The position numbers and the translations under genes were made by a program. Below, piece by piece: positions 1 through 9,660 of a DNA stretch of 64,000 bases. How positions within the stretch are numbered: position 1 is the first letter of the stretch; each line of letters starts with the position of its first letter. Where the stretch lies: NCBI GenBank assembly GCA_021463485.1, contig JAJTYJ010000002.1, positions 32,673 to 96,672 of the forward strand, given 5' to 3'. The notes below the pieces were generated by a model. The model worked only from the letters and a program-made list of their open reading frames with translations, did no database searches and had not been told where the DNA came from. The DNA is from a bacterium. GTDB taxonomy: Bacteria > Patescibacteriota > UBA1384 > 2-12-FULL-50-11.

Positions 1-398
1 AAGAGCGGAAACTCGACCTAGATATCTCAGATCGTCAGGACAGGATCGTACCGCTCATGCTCTCGACGCTCGGGGCGCTGATCGGCGGGTATTTAGTTAG
101 TGCCAGACTTGAGAACGCGAATTTGTTATTTATGAGTAACGTTTTGGTAGCGTATCTAATCTGTTTGACGATCATTACGCTCATCTGGAAAATTAGTCTT
201 CATGCAGCGACTATGACGGCAATGGTAACTATTTTGGTACTGTTTTCCGGTTCGATTTTCCTTTGGTTTTACGCGTTCTTAATCCCAATTATTTGGGCTA
301 GGTTAGTTTTAAAGCAACATACTCCAGCGCAACTCGGCGCAGGAATAGCGCTCGGCGTTTCGGTGACGCTGGTGGCTTATAAAGTGTTTGGCGGCTAG
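1..398 (+). CDS. PAP2-like integral membrane protein, 5'-truncated by the window edge
   Basis: Frame is open from position 3 (ERKLDLDISDRQDRIVPLM...). Motifs WKISLH and ARLVLKQHT; several TM helices. Confidence 0.65.
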   Translation, partial: ERKLDLDISDRQDRIVPLMLSTLGALIGGYLVSARLENANLLFMSNVLVAYLICLTIITLIWKISLHAATMTAMVTILVLFSGSIFLWFYAFLIPIIWARLVLKQHTPAQLGAGIALGVSVTLVAYKVFGG

Positions 399-418
399 AT
401 TTACGACGGATTCAGGTA

Positions 419-1309
419 TCAAATATCAATATCTTGAACGCTACTAGCGTTCTGTGCCGGTGCTGTTGGCGGCGGTGGGGACGACTGCGCGATTGTAGGA
501 GTAGGCTTGTCTGGCTGCGGTTGGCTAAGCGAAGGCGCTGGTGAGATCGGCTCTTCACCTGGTTCTAACATCGTTTTCGGCGCCTCGTCAAACGGAATTG
601 TTGTCGGATTATTTGGTGGTGGTGGCAGATCGGGCGTTGTTTTTACGGCAACGGTAATAGGCGTATTTACCGGATTTGGTGGCGGTGGCGGAGGCGGCGG
701 GGGTGGTGGAACTACGGGTTTTGGTGGCTCTGGCTGCACGGGCGCAGCTGGCGGTACAACTGCTTTTGGTGGGGTTACTACTGGCGCATCGATTGGTGGC
801 TTCGGAGCGGCGAGCGGCTGAGCTGGTTGGGGCGTTGGCTGAATCGGCCACGGGCTAACAGGCTTGGTTGAAGGAGTTGCTGCTGGTTGTTGTCCGGTCC
901 AGGTCGGGTTAATTGGATTTGCTGTCGGGGCTGCTGGCGGCGTAACTGGCTTTGGTGGCGGCGGTGGGGATTTCGGCTCCTCTGGTTTTGGCGTCTCGGT
1001 CTTTGGCTTATCAACTGGCTCGATTGGCTTTTTGTCCGTTGGTGGTGTTACCGGTTCATCTGCTTGATCGATTTTGGTCTCTCTCGGCGCTTGTGGGGCG
1101 CTTGGCTGACTATGTGTCTGTGGTAAGACAGCGGTACCGTTCATTAGATCTGAGAGATAACTAATATTTATTAGTGCTATAGCGGGCTTGCCACCCTTGG
1201 TTAAAACATACAAGCCATCTTTTTGGTTTTCGATATCGGCAACAATACGCGAAAAATTATCTCTGGCGTCGGTAAGCGGCACGATTCTGTCGATTGGTAC
1301 GTTTAACAT
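419..1309 (-). CDS. Phd/YefM antitoxin-like domain fused to a long Pro-rich disordered tail
   Basis: N-terminus IVPLTDARDNFSRIV...YVLTKGGKPAIALI is Phd/YefM-like. SD-like AGAGGGG upstream; TTGACA-17-TAGGCT promoter on the minus strand. Confidence 0.75.
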   Translation of the reverse strand: MLNVPIDRIVPLTDARDNFSRIVADIENQKDGLYVLTKGGKPAIALINISYLSDLMNGTAVLPQTHSQPSAPQAPRETKIDQADEPVTPPTDKKPIEPVDKPKTETPKPEEPKSPPPPPKPVTPPAAPTANPINPTWTGQQPAATPSTKPVSPWPIQPTPQPAQPLAAPKPPIDAPVVTPPKAVVPPAAPVQPEPPKPVVPPPPPPPPPPPNPVNTPITVAVKTTPDLPPPPNNPTTIPFDEAPKTMLEPGEEPISPAPSLSQPQPDKPTPTIAQSSPPPPTAPAQNASSVQDIDI

Positions 1310-1368
1310 TTTCCCCTCTTTATATTATTAGCCTAATGGCGTGTTGAGTTAGTGTCAAATATAACGCG

Positions 1369-1397
1369 TTGATACTTTGACCGGTTGCCGATACACT
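1369..1397 (+). promoter_or_regulatory. sigma70-type promoter, leaderless geometry
   Basis: TTGATA(1369)-17 nt-TACACT(1392), then 6 nt to ATG 1404. Confidence 0.6.
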
Positions 1398-1403
1398 GGC
1401 TCC

Positions 1404-2681
1404 ATGCATAAAACCTACCCAACTCACACGTTCGAAAACGGAATGAAACTGGTCGAGATACATATTCCGTCTTTTCACACAGTCACAAACTTTTTAGTAA
1501 TTCGAAGCGGTTCACGCTACGAAACAGCCGCAAATAACGGCATCGCCCACTTTCTTGAACACATGGTTTTTAAAGGAACTAAGTCGTTCCATTCTTCAAA
1601 AGAAATTGCCGAGGCGATCGAGGGAATCGGCGGCTACTTCAACGCTTGGACCTCCAACGACCACACCGCCTACTGGAACGTTGTGCCGCACGATCAATAT
1701 CAACGGGGCATCAAAGTAGCATGTGAGTTGGCGTTTACGCCTCAGCTTAATTCAGACGATTTAGAGCGAGAGCGCGGTGTGATTATCGAGGAGATTCGTC
1801 GGATGCAAGACGACCCTGCTAGCTTAGTCGACGATCTGCTCGGTGGCGTGGTCTTTCAAAATCACAGCCTCGGTCAATCCGTAATTGGAACAGAAGAGAC
1901 AATCCGAGCGATGACGATCGAGCAGTTTCGAGAGTATCACAGCGATCACTACGCGCCGAGCCAGGCGTACTTTGTCTGTGTCGGAAACCTCGAAGGTAAG
2001 GACGTTAAAAGCGCCGTTTGGGAACAGATTCAAGAGTTAAAACCAACAACGGTCAGTCAGCCAGAGCTATTCACCGGTAACAGCACAAAAGCGGTGAAGG
2101 TTTTAACAAAAAACACCGACCAGACGCACTTTATGCTCGCTACCGCGACAAGCTCATTTGGGCTGGGATCAAAAGATCGATTTGTCGGCACCGTTTTAAA
2201 CGCCGTTTTGGGACGCGGAATGAGTTCACGCCTCTTTTTGAATATCCGCGAGAAGAAAGGGCTGGCTTACGCCATCAACTCCTCGTTCTATCCGTTCGAG
2301 GATACCGGGTTAATCTCGATTTACGGCGGTGTAAACACTGAAAAGGTTAATCAAACGCTCGATGCACTTACTGAAGAATTTGAAAAGTTAATAAACGAGC
2401 CGGTCGGTTCTGATGAGTTAAGCAAGGCCAAAGCCCAACTCGTTGGATCGTACGATCTCTCCGCCGATCGACCGGTTGATTTAGCTACTTGGTACGGAAC
2501 CAGCGCACTACTTGGGGCAAAAGAAAGTTTCGAAGAAGCGAAGTCTTTAGTCCAGGCCGTTACTGCTTCACAAATTCAAGAGCTGGCGAGTAATGTTTTC
2601 AGTAAAGAGCGTTTAGCGATGGCGGTAGTCGGCCCGTACGACAGCGATCAGATCTTTGCGGATTTCCTCTCGAAGCAGTAA
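1404..2681 (+). CDS. M16 family zinc peptidase (pitrilysin/insulinase)
   Basis: HFLEH (HxxEH) motif, FNAWTS, SSRLF..IREKKGLAY. Start set at ATG 1404. Confidence 0.92.
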   Translation: MHKTYPTHTFENGMKLVEIHIPSFHTVTNFLVIRSGSRYETAANNGIAHFLEHMVFKGTKSFHSSKEIAEAIEGIGGYFNAWTSNDHTAYWNVVPHDQYQRGIKVACELAFTPQLNSDDLERERGVIIEEIRRMQDDPASLVDDLLGGVVFQNHSLGQSVIGTEETIRAMTIEQFREYHSDHYAPSQAYFVCVGNLEGKDVKSAVWEQIQELKPTTVSQPELFTGNSTKAVKVLTKNTDQTHFMLATATSSFGLGSKDRFVGTVLNAVLGRGMSSRLFLNIREKKGLAYAINSSFYPFEDTGLISIYGGVNTEKVNQTLDALTEEFEKLINEPVGSDELSKAKAQLVGSYDLSADRPVDLATWYGTSALLGAKESFEEAKSLVQAVTASQIQELASNVFSKERLAMAVVGPYDSDQIFADFLSKQ

Positions 2682-2690
2682 ACTATAGGT

Positions 2691-3206
2691 ATGAAAATCG
2701 ATACCACGTTAGTACTACTTAAACCTGATGCCGTTGAACGGGGATTGGTAGGACGAGTAATTAGTCGTTTCGAAGAACGCGGCTTGAAAATTGTCGGGCT
2801 CAAATTACTAGTCGCTTCAGCCGAGCTAGCGACCAAACATTACGGCGATTTTATCGAGCGTTACACCGAGAAACTCGGCAAGGAAAAAGCGACAAAAATT
2901 ATGGACGAGATGGTCGGGTTTTTGACGTCTGGACCGATTGTGGCGATGGCAGTCGAAGGGATCGACGCTTGTCCGGTTGTACGGAAAATCGTCGGCTCGA
3001 CGTACCCGAACGAAGCGCCAGCCGGAACAATCCGCGGCGATTTCGCGCACGTCTCTCAAGACTACGCCAACACTGTTGGCATCACTGTTAAGAACTTAGT
3101 TCACGCATCCGGCAGTGCCGAAGAAGCAAAAATCGAGTTATCGCTCTGGTTTGATCCGAAAGAGTTAACAACGTACTCAGCGGTTCACGAAAAACACACC
3201 CGCTAA
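2691..3206 (+). CDS. ndk: nucleoside-diphosphate kinase
   Basis: TLVLLKPDAV, GTIRGDF, NLVHASGS (catalytic His). Confidence 0.96.
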   Translation: MKIDTTLVLLKPDAVERGLVGRVISRFEERGLKIVGLKLLVASAELATKHYGDFIERYTEKLGKEKATKIMDEMVGFLTSGPIVAMAVEGIDACPVVRKIVGSTYPNEAPAGTIRGDFAHVSQDYANTVGITVKNLVHASGSAEEAKIELSLWFDPKELTTYSAVHEKHTR

Positions 3207-3238
3207 CAAACGATGGTTGAGTACGGTACGATTCGGAT

Positions 3239-4321
3239 GTGATGTCGAATCTCTATCTGATAGCCTTTATCGGTTCAGCTCTGCTATCAGCATTGCTGGT
3301 GAAGTTTCTTATCGGCTACGCACATCGACACCAAGTTTTTTTACCGCCGATTCGGTCCAGAGACACACATAAACAACCAGTTCCCCGTATCGGTGGTATC
3401 GCGATTGTCGCGTCATTTATTATAACGACGGTGCTCTTTGCTTCAATTTTTCCTGAAAAACTTTTGTTTAGCGGTGAGCTGCTGCTCGGTCTCGATCGAA
3501 ACCTGTTAGGGGTGTTGTTAGCAGTCCTACTACTCTCAGCGGTTAATATTTATGACGACTTTCGAGGGGTGCGATGGCAAATTCGACTACTTACTCAAAT
3601 CGCAGCGGCGTTAATCGTGTTCTGGTGCGGAATTCGAATAGAATGGCTGACGAATCCGTTTGGAGATCAAATCGTTCTTGAGGGTTTTGCCTGGGCGTTC
3701 ATCGCGCTTTGGCTGGTTGGGCTCTCGAATGTTGTGAATATGCTCGATGGCGTTGATGGTTTGGCTGGTAGCGTCTCCTCGATCTCACTATTAATTCTCT
3801 TTTTCCTCTCAATCCGTCCGGACGTGGCGCAAGACTCAAACGCGCTGCTTTCGATGATCGCTCTTGGGTCGGTTGTCGGATTTCTCCCGTTTAATCTTAA
3901 TTCGGCGAAAGCGTTCCTAGGTGACACCGGATCGGTTTTTATCGGCTTTATTATCGGAGTGTTGGCGGTAATCTCGGGCGGGAAAGTGGCAACGGCGTTT
4001 TTGGTGCTAGCGATACCGTTTATCGACGCATTGAGCGTTGTTGTTACTCGCATCGTTACCGGCCGATCGCCTTTTTTAGCGGATCGGATTCATCTTCATC
4101 ACCGACTACTAGAGCTCGGCCTAAAGCCGTACCAGATTACAATGCTATTCTCAGCGATTAGTTTAGCTTTTGGATTAGTCGCTTTAAATACTCAGACGTT
4201 CGGCAAGCTGCAAGCGGCCGCAGTAGCGCTCGCGTTGGTTGTGTTATTTATAGTTATTAGCGTATCAGTACAGCGCTCGAGAAACGCAAAAAACGCTATA
4301 CTCAAACAAGTAGATGAGTGA
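3239..4321 (+). CDS. MraY/WecA/TagO family undecaprenyl-phosphate GlcNAc-1-phosphate transferase
   Basis: PRIGG, YDD, NMLDGVDGLA, FLGDTGS, DRIHLHH; multi-TM. Confidence 0.92.
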   Translation: MMSNLYLIAFIGSALLSALLVKFLIGYAHRHQVFLPPIRSRDTHKQPVPRIGGIAIVASFIITTVLFASIFPEKLLFSGELLLGLDRNLLGVLLAVLLLSAVNIYDDFRGVRWQIRLLTQIAAALIVFWCGIRIEWLTNPFGDQIVLEGFAWAFIALWLVGLSNVVNMLDGVDGLAGSVSSISLLILFFLSIRPDVAQDSNALLSMIALGSVVGFLPFNLNSAKAFLGDTGSVFIGFIIGVLAVISGGKVATAFLVLAIPFIDALSVVVTRIVTGRSPFLADRIHLHHRLLELGLKPYQITMLFSAISLAFGLVALNTQTFGKLQAAAVALALVVLFIVISVSVQRSRNAKNAILKQVDE

Positions 4322-4838
4322 GGATTATAGTTTTCGAGGCAAGCGAAGTAACGAGCAGGTACTACTAGTCGTAAAACAGCATCCGTGGGTATTAATGCCG
4401 ATCGTTTGGGTTTGGTTAGTACTGACTGCGATTGTAGTTTTACTTGTCTGGAAGCTCGGGCTCTCAACGATAAGTTCGTATGCGATCTTTGGCGTACTTG
4501 GCTTTGGGCTGCTGTATAGTTTGTATCAGTGGTTTATCTGGAACAACAGCGACTATATTATTACGAACCAACGAGTTATTAAAATTGATCAAAACGGCTT
4601 GTTTAATCGCGAAATTTCCGAGGCCGAGATCGAACGAATTCAAGAGATATCAACAGAAATCAAAGGGCCGATCCGGACAATATTTAACTTCGGTCGAGTT
4701 AAAATCCAGACGGCTTCTAGTTACGGAAGAGTTGATCTAGAAGACGTAGTAGATCCATACGATATTCAACAGGAAATTGTACGGGTACAACGCTCGGTGA
4801 GCGAGTCGTCTTCTGACTCTCGAGTGACACTTCGCTAA
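4314..4838 (+). CDS. bacterial PH-domain membrane protein
   Basis: Two TMs followed by YIITNQRVI...RIQEI...NFGRVKIQTA. Confidence 0.8.
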   Translation: MSEDYSFRGKRSNEQVLLVVKQHPWVLMPIVWVWLVLTAIVVLLVWKLGLSTISSYAIFGVLGFGLLYSLYQWFIWNNSDYIITNQRVIKIDQNGLFNREISEAEIERIQEISTEIKGPIRTIFNFGRVKIQTASSYGRVDLEDVVDPYDIQQEIVRVQRSVSESSSDSRVTLR

Positions 4839-7800
4839 ACGCGCATCAATAACTGCTGGACTTCTTCTTCCAATTCTTCGGAGCGCTTAACTTTTAAGCT
4901 CGTTTGAACAATTTTAGTGCTGCCGCCGTGTGGTATCCGGAGCTCGACGGTCGCTTCGCCCGGGTGATCTAGCAAAATGGTTTTAAGCTGTTCGATGACC
5001 GTTTTCGTTGTGCGTTGCGGCAACTCGATTGTAAACTGCCGAGAGGTTGGTTTGGTGGTTGTGGGAGCGTTGTTCGACCAGTTACCGCGACTGAAATTTG
5101 GCTTTATTGGCTGGTCGAGCGGTGAGAGAATCGCTGGTGTCACAGAATCGAGCGGCCAAACTTTATCGACCAAAACTTTTGCCGAGCCGTCCTTGTCGTT
5201 AATCTTTCCTTCAACCAAAACCATCGCGTCGGGTTCCCAAAACTTTTGGTTGTCTTTGAAAATGGTCGGGAAAACGACTAACTCCACAACGGCGTTAAAG
5301 TCTTCTAGCTGGACGAACGCCATCATCTGATTTGATTTAGTAGTAATTTTTTTAACCTCGTGAACTATCCCACCGACGCGCACGGTTTTGCCGGCATCTT
5401 CTAGTTTAATTTCGTGCAACGGGGTCGCAACTTTAGCCAACAGCTCGGAGTACTCTTTAATTGGATGATCCGACAGATACAGCCCGAGCAACTCTTTCTC
5501 CCAGACGAGGTTAAGCTTTTTATCCAGAGTGCCGGCTGGCAGATTTAATTTAGCGATCGTTGTTTTCTGCTCTTCCTCGCCGAAGATCATCATTTGGTTA
5601 GCGGCGTGGCTCTTATTTCCACCGGCTGCGGTCTTAACCAGGAGCTCAATGCCAGCGTAAAGACTTTCGCGCGCGGCAAACCGATCGAGCGCGCCAGCTT
5701 TGACGAGACTCTCGAGAACTTTTTTATTCAGGGTTGTACTGCAACGGCTGAGAAACTCCTCGAGCGACTGGAACGGTCCGTTGGCTTTACGCTCGCGAAC
5801 GATCGCTTTCGCCACACTTAAACCGACGTTTTTTATCGCGGCAAGGCCAAAGCGGATAGACCTTGCGTCTTTAACTACCGCGAAATCGGCGAACGACTCG
5901 TTAACGTCGGGTGGCATGACGGTTAGTTTCATCCGCTCGCACTCGCTGATCTCGATCGAGAGGCGGTCGATATTGTCGAGGTCGCTTGTCATCAACGCTG
6001 CCATGAAACAATCCGGGTAATGCGCCTTTAAGTAAGCGGTTTGGTAGGCGATGAGCGCGTAGCAAGTAGCGTGGCTTTTATTAAAACAATACGCAGCGAA
6101 ATCTTCTAGCTGCTTCCAGATCTCGTCGGCTCGGTCGGCCTTAACTCCATTTTTGACAGCGCCGTTGATGAACTTTTCTTTCATCTCTGCCATCAATTTC
6201 GGGATTTTTTTACCGATCGCTTTGCGCAGCGTGTCAGCCTCTGAGCCGGTGAAGCCGCACATATCCTTGCTTAGCCGCATTACCTGTTCCTGGTAAACCG
6301 GAATACCGTACGTTTCTTTAAGTGCTTCTTTTGCCAATGGATGGAGGTAGGTAATCTCCTCCTTGCCGTTTTTACGGTCAATAAAGCTTTGAATCCACTG
6401 CATCGGTCCCGGGCGATACAATGAGACCATCGCAATAATATCTTCAAAGAGATTCGGTTTTAGCTCTTTGATGTATCGCTTCATTCCAGCCGATTCCAGC
6501 TGAAACACGCCCGTCGTCTCGCCGCGCCCGAGTAGGGCAAAGGTCCTCTTGTCGTCCAGCGGCAAGTTATAAATATCGATTTTTTTACCGTAGGTTGCTT
6601 CGATAATCTCGCAAGCTTGTCGCATGATTGTTAAGTTGGAGAGTCCTAAAAAGTCCATCTTCAGCAGCCCGATTTTTTCGATCGGTTCCATCGAGTACTG
6701 AGTTACCTGGTGGACGTCGCCGCCTTGTGCCTGCTGGACCGGCACGTATTCGTCGAGTGGGTCCTTGGAGATTACGATTGCGCACGCGTGTTGTGAGGCG
6801 TGTCGGATCGTTCCCTCTAATTTCATCGCCGAATCAAGTAACTGCTTAGCTTCGGGGTCGTTATCGTAAAGCTCCTTTAACTCGGGTGCTTCTTTAACCG
6901 ACTTTGAGAGCGGGATGTGGCGACCCTGAATTGGTGCGGGTACGGCTTTGGCGATCGTGTCAACCTGAGCGTAGCTCATACCAAGAACACGACCGACGTC
7001 GCGAACCGCCGCCCGTGCCATAATTGTTCCGAACGTAATAATGCCCGCGACGTGATCGTCGCCGTATTTTTCTCTGACGTAGTCGATTACTTCTTTTCGC
7101 CTGACGTCTTCGAAGTCCATATCGATATCTGGCATCGAGATACGGTTAACGTCTAAAAATCGCTCAAACAGAAGACCGTACCGAAGCGGATCGACTTTGG
7201 TGATGCCGGCGCAGTACGCCATTAGCGAACCAGCGGCCGAGCCGCGACCAGGGCCGACGAAGATATTTCTAGATTTGGCGAAGTTAACGAAGTCAGCGAC
7301 GATTAGGAAATATCCTGGGAAGCCCATCTTAATTACCATATCGAGTTCGTAATTTAGTCGTTCACGTATTTCCGGCGTAACGGTTGGGTAGCGTTCGTGT
7401 AAACCTTTCTCGCACCATTTGCGTAGCAGTGACTCTTCGGTTTCTCCTTCTGGCAGTGGGAAGTTCGGTAGCAAATTTTTGCCAAGCTCGATATCGACAT
7501 TAACCATTTCGGCGACTTTGACTGTGTTTTCGATCGCATTTGGCGTGTCGCTAAACGCCTGCGCCATCTCGTCCGGAGTTTTTAGAGAGAAATCACCGGT
7601 ATAAAGCATACGGTTAGTGTCGGAAACTAATTTGCCGGTCTGGATACAGACCAGTTGGTCGTGCGAGACGTGGTCGTCTGAATTGACGTAGTGAGTGTCG
7701 TTAGTGGCAACGAGCGGTAATTTTAGCTTTCGCGAGAGCTCTTTAATCGCTCGGTTAACCACCTCTTGCTCCTGAATAGCGGGGTGGTGCTGAAGCTCCA

Positions 7801-8323
7801 AATAGTAGTTATCTTTCCCAAAAATCTCGGCGTACTCACCGATTGTTTCGAGAACTTCCTTCTCTTTGTTATCGAGAATAAGTCGCGAAGTCTCGGAGGC
7901 TAAACAGGCAGAGGTAGCGATTAACCCCTTACTGTGTCGTGACAGCAAGTCTCGATCGACTCTTGGTTTGTAATAATAGCCTTCCAAATGGGCAACGGTT
8001 GTAAGTTTAATCAGGTTTTTATAGCCCTCGTAGTCCTTCGCCAGCAGCACCATGTGATACGGGCGGGTGTCGATGCCGCTCGATTTGTCGGTTAGCTTTC
8101 TTGGGGCGACGTAAATTTCTTGTCCGATAATCGGTTTAATTCCAGCTTTCTGACAGACCGTAAAAAACTCGATCGCACCGTGCAGTACGCCGTGGTCGGT
8201 TAAGGCAAGTGCTGGCATTTCTAACTCTACGGCTCGATTTACTAGTTCGGGAATTTTCCCGAGACCGTCAAGCAACGAGTAGTGCGAGTGCACATGAAGA
8301 TGGACGAATTGGTTCTTCGACAT
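4835..8323 (-). CDS. dnaE: DNA polymerase III alpha subunit
   Basis: FVHLHVHSHYSLLDG PHP domain, GRGSAAGS, PDIDMDF, FNKSH, C-terminal OB fold. Confidence 0.98.
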   Translation of the reverse strand: MSKNQFVHLHVHSHYSLLDGLGKIPELVNRAVELEMPALALTDHGVLHGAIEFFTVCQKAGIKPIIGQEIYVAPRKLTDKSSGIDTRPYHMVLLAKDYEGYKNLIKLTTVAHLEGYYYKPRVDRDLLSRHSKGLIATSACLASETSRLILDNKEKEVLETIGEYAEIFGKDNYYLELQHHPAIQEQEVVNRAIKELSRKLKLPLVATNDTHYVNSDDHVSHDQLVCIQTGKLVSDTNRMLYTGDFSLKTPDEMAQAFSDTPNAIENTVKVAEMVNVDIELGKNLLPNFPLPEGETEESLLRKWCEKGLHERYPTVTPEIRERLNYELDMVIKMGFPGYFLIVADFVNFAKSRNIFVGPGRGSAAGSLMAYCAGITKVDPLRYGLLFERFLDVNRISMPDIDMDFEDVRRKEVIDYVREKYGDDHVAGIITFGTIMARAAVRDVGRVLGMSYAQVDTIAKAVPAPIQGRHIPLSKSVKEAPELKELYDNDPEAKQLLDSAMKLEGTIRHASQHACAIVISKDPLDEYVPVQQAQGGDVHQVTQYSMEPIEKIGLLKMDFLGLSNLTIMRQACEIIEATYGKKIDIYNLPLDDKRTFALLGRGETTGVFQLESAGMKRYIKELKPNLFEDIIAMVSLYRPGPMQWIQSFIDRKNGKEEITYLHPLAKEALKETYGIPVYQEQVMRLSKDMCGFTGSEADTLRKAIGKKIPKLMAEMKEKFINGAVKNGVKADRADEIWKQLEDFAAYCFNKSHATCYALIAYQTAYLKAHYPDCFMAALMTSDLDNIDRLSIEISECERMKLTVMPPDVNESFADFAVVKDARSIRFGLAAIKNVGLSVAKAIVRERKANGPFQSLEEFLSRCSTTLNKKVLESLVKAGALDRFAARESLYAGIELLVKTAAGGNKSHAANQMMIFGEEEQKTTIAKLNLPAGTLDKKLNLVWEKELLGLYLSDHPIKEYSELLAKVATPLHEIKLEDAGKTVRVGGIVHEVKKITTKSNQMMAFVQLEDFNAVVELVVFPTIFKDNQKFWEPDAMVLVEGKINDKDGSAKVLVDKVWPLDSVTPAILSPLDQPIKPNFSRGNWSNNAPTTTKPTSRQFTIELPQRTTKTVIEQLKTILLDHPGEATVELRIPHGGSTKIVQTSLKVKRSEELEEEVQQLLMRV

Positions 8324-8369
8324 ACACTTTTTGTAGCAGACTGGGCTCGCTTAGCAATGACAAACTTAC

Positions 8370-8398
8370 TTGACTCTCTCGAAGTTTTCCCATAAAAT
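8370..8398 (+). promoter_or_regulatory. sigma70 promoter of rpmA
   Basis: TTGACT(8370)-17 nt-TAAAAT(8393). Confidence 0.7.
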
Positions 8399-8410
8399 TG
8401 GACGTACATT

Positions 8411-8683
8411 ATGGCATCAACAAAGGCAAAAGGATCATCAAAGAACGGTCGAGACTCTCAGAGTAAGCGACTTGGGGTTAAAGTTTACGGAGCGCAGCCG
8501 ATTAAACGCGGCGGCATTATCGTGCGACAACGCGGTTCAAAGTTCTTTGCTGGTCAGAATGTGATGATGGGCGGTGACGACACTATCTTTGCCACCAAAG
8601 ACGGCGTAGTCACTTTTCACCAGCGAAAAGTTCAGAGTCACACTGGCCGACGTTCTCTCAAGACCGTCGTCAGCGTTCTCTGA
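8411..8683 (+). CDS. rpmA: 50S ribosomal protein L27
   Basis: [30 protein letters not shown]. Confidence 0.97.
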   Translation: MASTKAKGSSKNGRDSQSKRLGVKVYGAQPIKRGGIIVRQRGSKFFAGQNVMMGGDDTIFATKDGVVTFHQRKVQSHTGRRSLKTVVSVL

Positions 8684-8746
8684 GTTCGCACCTCGACAAT
8701 CGTAGGCGGTTTCTAGGACCGCTGAACACGTTACGAAAAACTGATC

Positions 8747-8977
8747 ATGGATGACAATCAGAGAAACAACCCGGGTCCGCTTCGGCGGTTACCCAATTGC
8801 AGTCCGTTCTCCGCGTACTACCAAGAGCTGGAGGGGGAACCCAATCGAGATGAGGCGCTGATGAGAATCAGGCCCCTAGGTGGGGAGCTTCGGCTTGACT
8901 CGATTGATCCCCTGGCTGAGGTGGACGAAGAGGACGCGATCGCTGACGCGATCAGACGACTCACTGAGCGCTGGTAA
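8747..8977 (+). CDS. hypothetical small acidic protein
   Basis: ATG-started 76-aa ORF filling the gap after rpmA; no recognisable family. Confidence 0.45.
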   Translation: MDDNQRNNPGPLRRLPNCSPFSAYYQELEGEPNRDEALMRIRPLGGELRLDSIDPLAEVDEEDAIADAIRRLTERW

Positions 8978-9039
8978 CAGCGTTCCCGACCATTGGCTGC
9001 CCGAAGCGTTGCGGAGGGCGGCCACATTTATGGAGTGAA

Positions 9040-9585
9040 ATGAACTTTTCTGTTGTTCGTCACAGACGTAACTCGACAGCGTTCTTGCAGATTCTTTCTC
9101 GACTGAAGTGCCTGCCGGAAGAGCCAAACGGTCTCACTGAGGTTCGTATCAAAATCCCGACCGACCGGTACTACACCGCCGCTCAAATTGCCAAAATCGA
9201 AGAGCAGCTCTTGCCGTTTGTGGAGACACAAGAGTGCTTGCAGTTTGGCAAGCTTACGACGCTACGCGACTTTTGGCACGACGACGGTCGTTTGAGCGGA
9301 CTCGGTGCGATCCACCTCTTCGCTCATTTGTTGCTCGGTCATATCGCTCGGAATCGTTCTCTGCTGGACGATAAGAACTGCACGGTGATACGAGAGCGAA
9401 TCTACCGACCCAACCCCTCTCAATCGTCTGTCGTTTCGATCGTCTTCACCGCAAATCTTCGGATTAAGTCGATGCGGTTTAGAACCAGGGACGTCTGGAT
9501 AGCGTTCGAAAAGCTGCTCGAACTCGGGTCGCTCGAGCAGCTCGACGAGGAGGGCGTGTCGAAACCACTTGTCGCTGCCGGATAG
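9040..9585 (+). CDS. hypothetical protein
   Basis: 181-aa ORF with SD-like GGAGTG upstream; no recognisable family. Confidence 0.55.
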   Translation: MNFSVVRHRRNSTAFLQILSRLKCLPEEPNGLTEVRIKIPTDRYYTAAQIAKIEEQLLPFVETQECLQFGKLTTLRDFWHDDGRLSGLGAIHLFAHLLLGHIARNRSLLDDKNCTVIRERIYRPNPSQSSVVSIVFTANLRIKSMRFRTRDVWIAFEKLLELGSLEQLDEEGVSKPLVAAG

Positions 9586-9618
9586 GACCACTGTCACGGC
9601 AGCTTTTTAGTAAGCCCC

Positions 9619-9647
9619 TTGCTTCACTCGAGGCGTTTCAGTATAAT
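9619..9647 (+). promoter_or_regulatory. sigma70 promoter of rplS
   Basis: TTGCTT(9619)-17 nt-TATAAT(9642). Confidence 0.7.
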
Positions 9648-9660
9648 TATGAGGCTAATT

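Noticed and set aside
507-1164. Gly-rich plus-strand ORFs and GGT/GGC runs resembling a repeat
   Set aside because: Antisense shadow of the Pro-rich minus-strand gene; no fixed repeat unit or spacers.
4835-8323. Intein in dnaE (dnaB also checked)
   Set aside because: Protein lengths are normal and catalytic motifs are contiguous.
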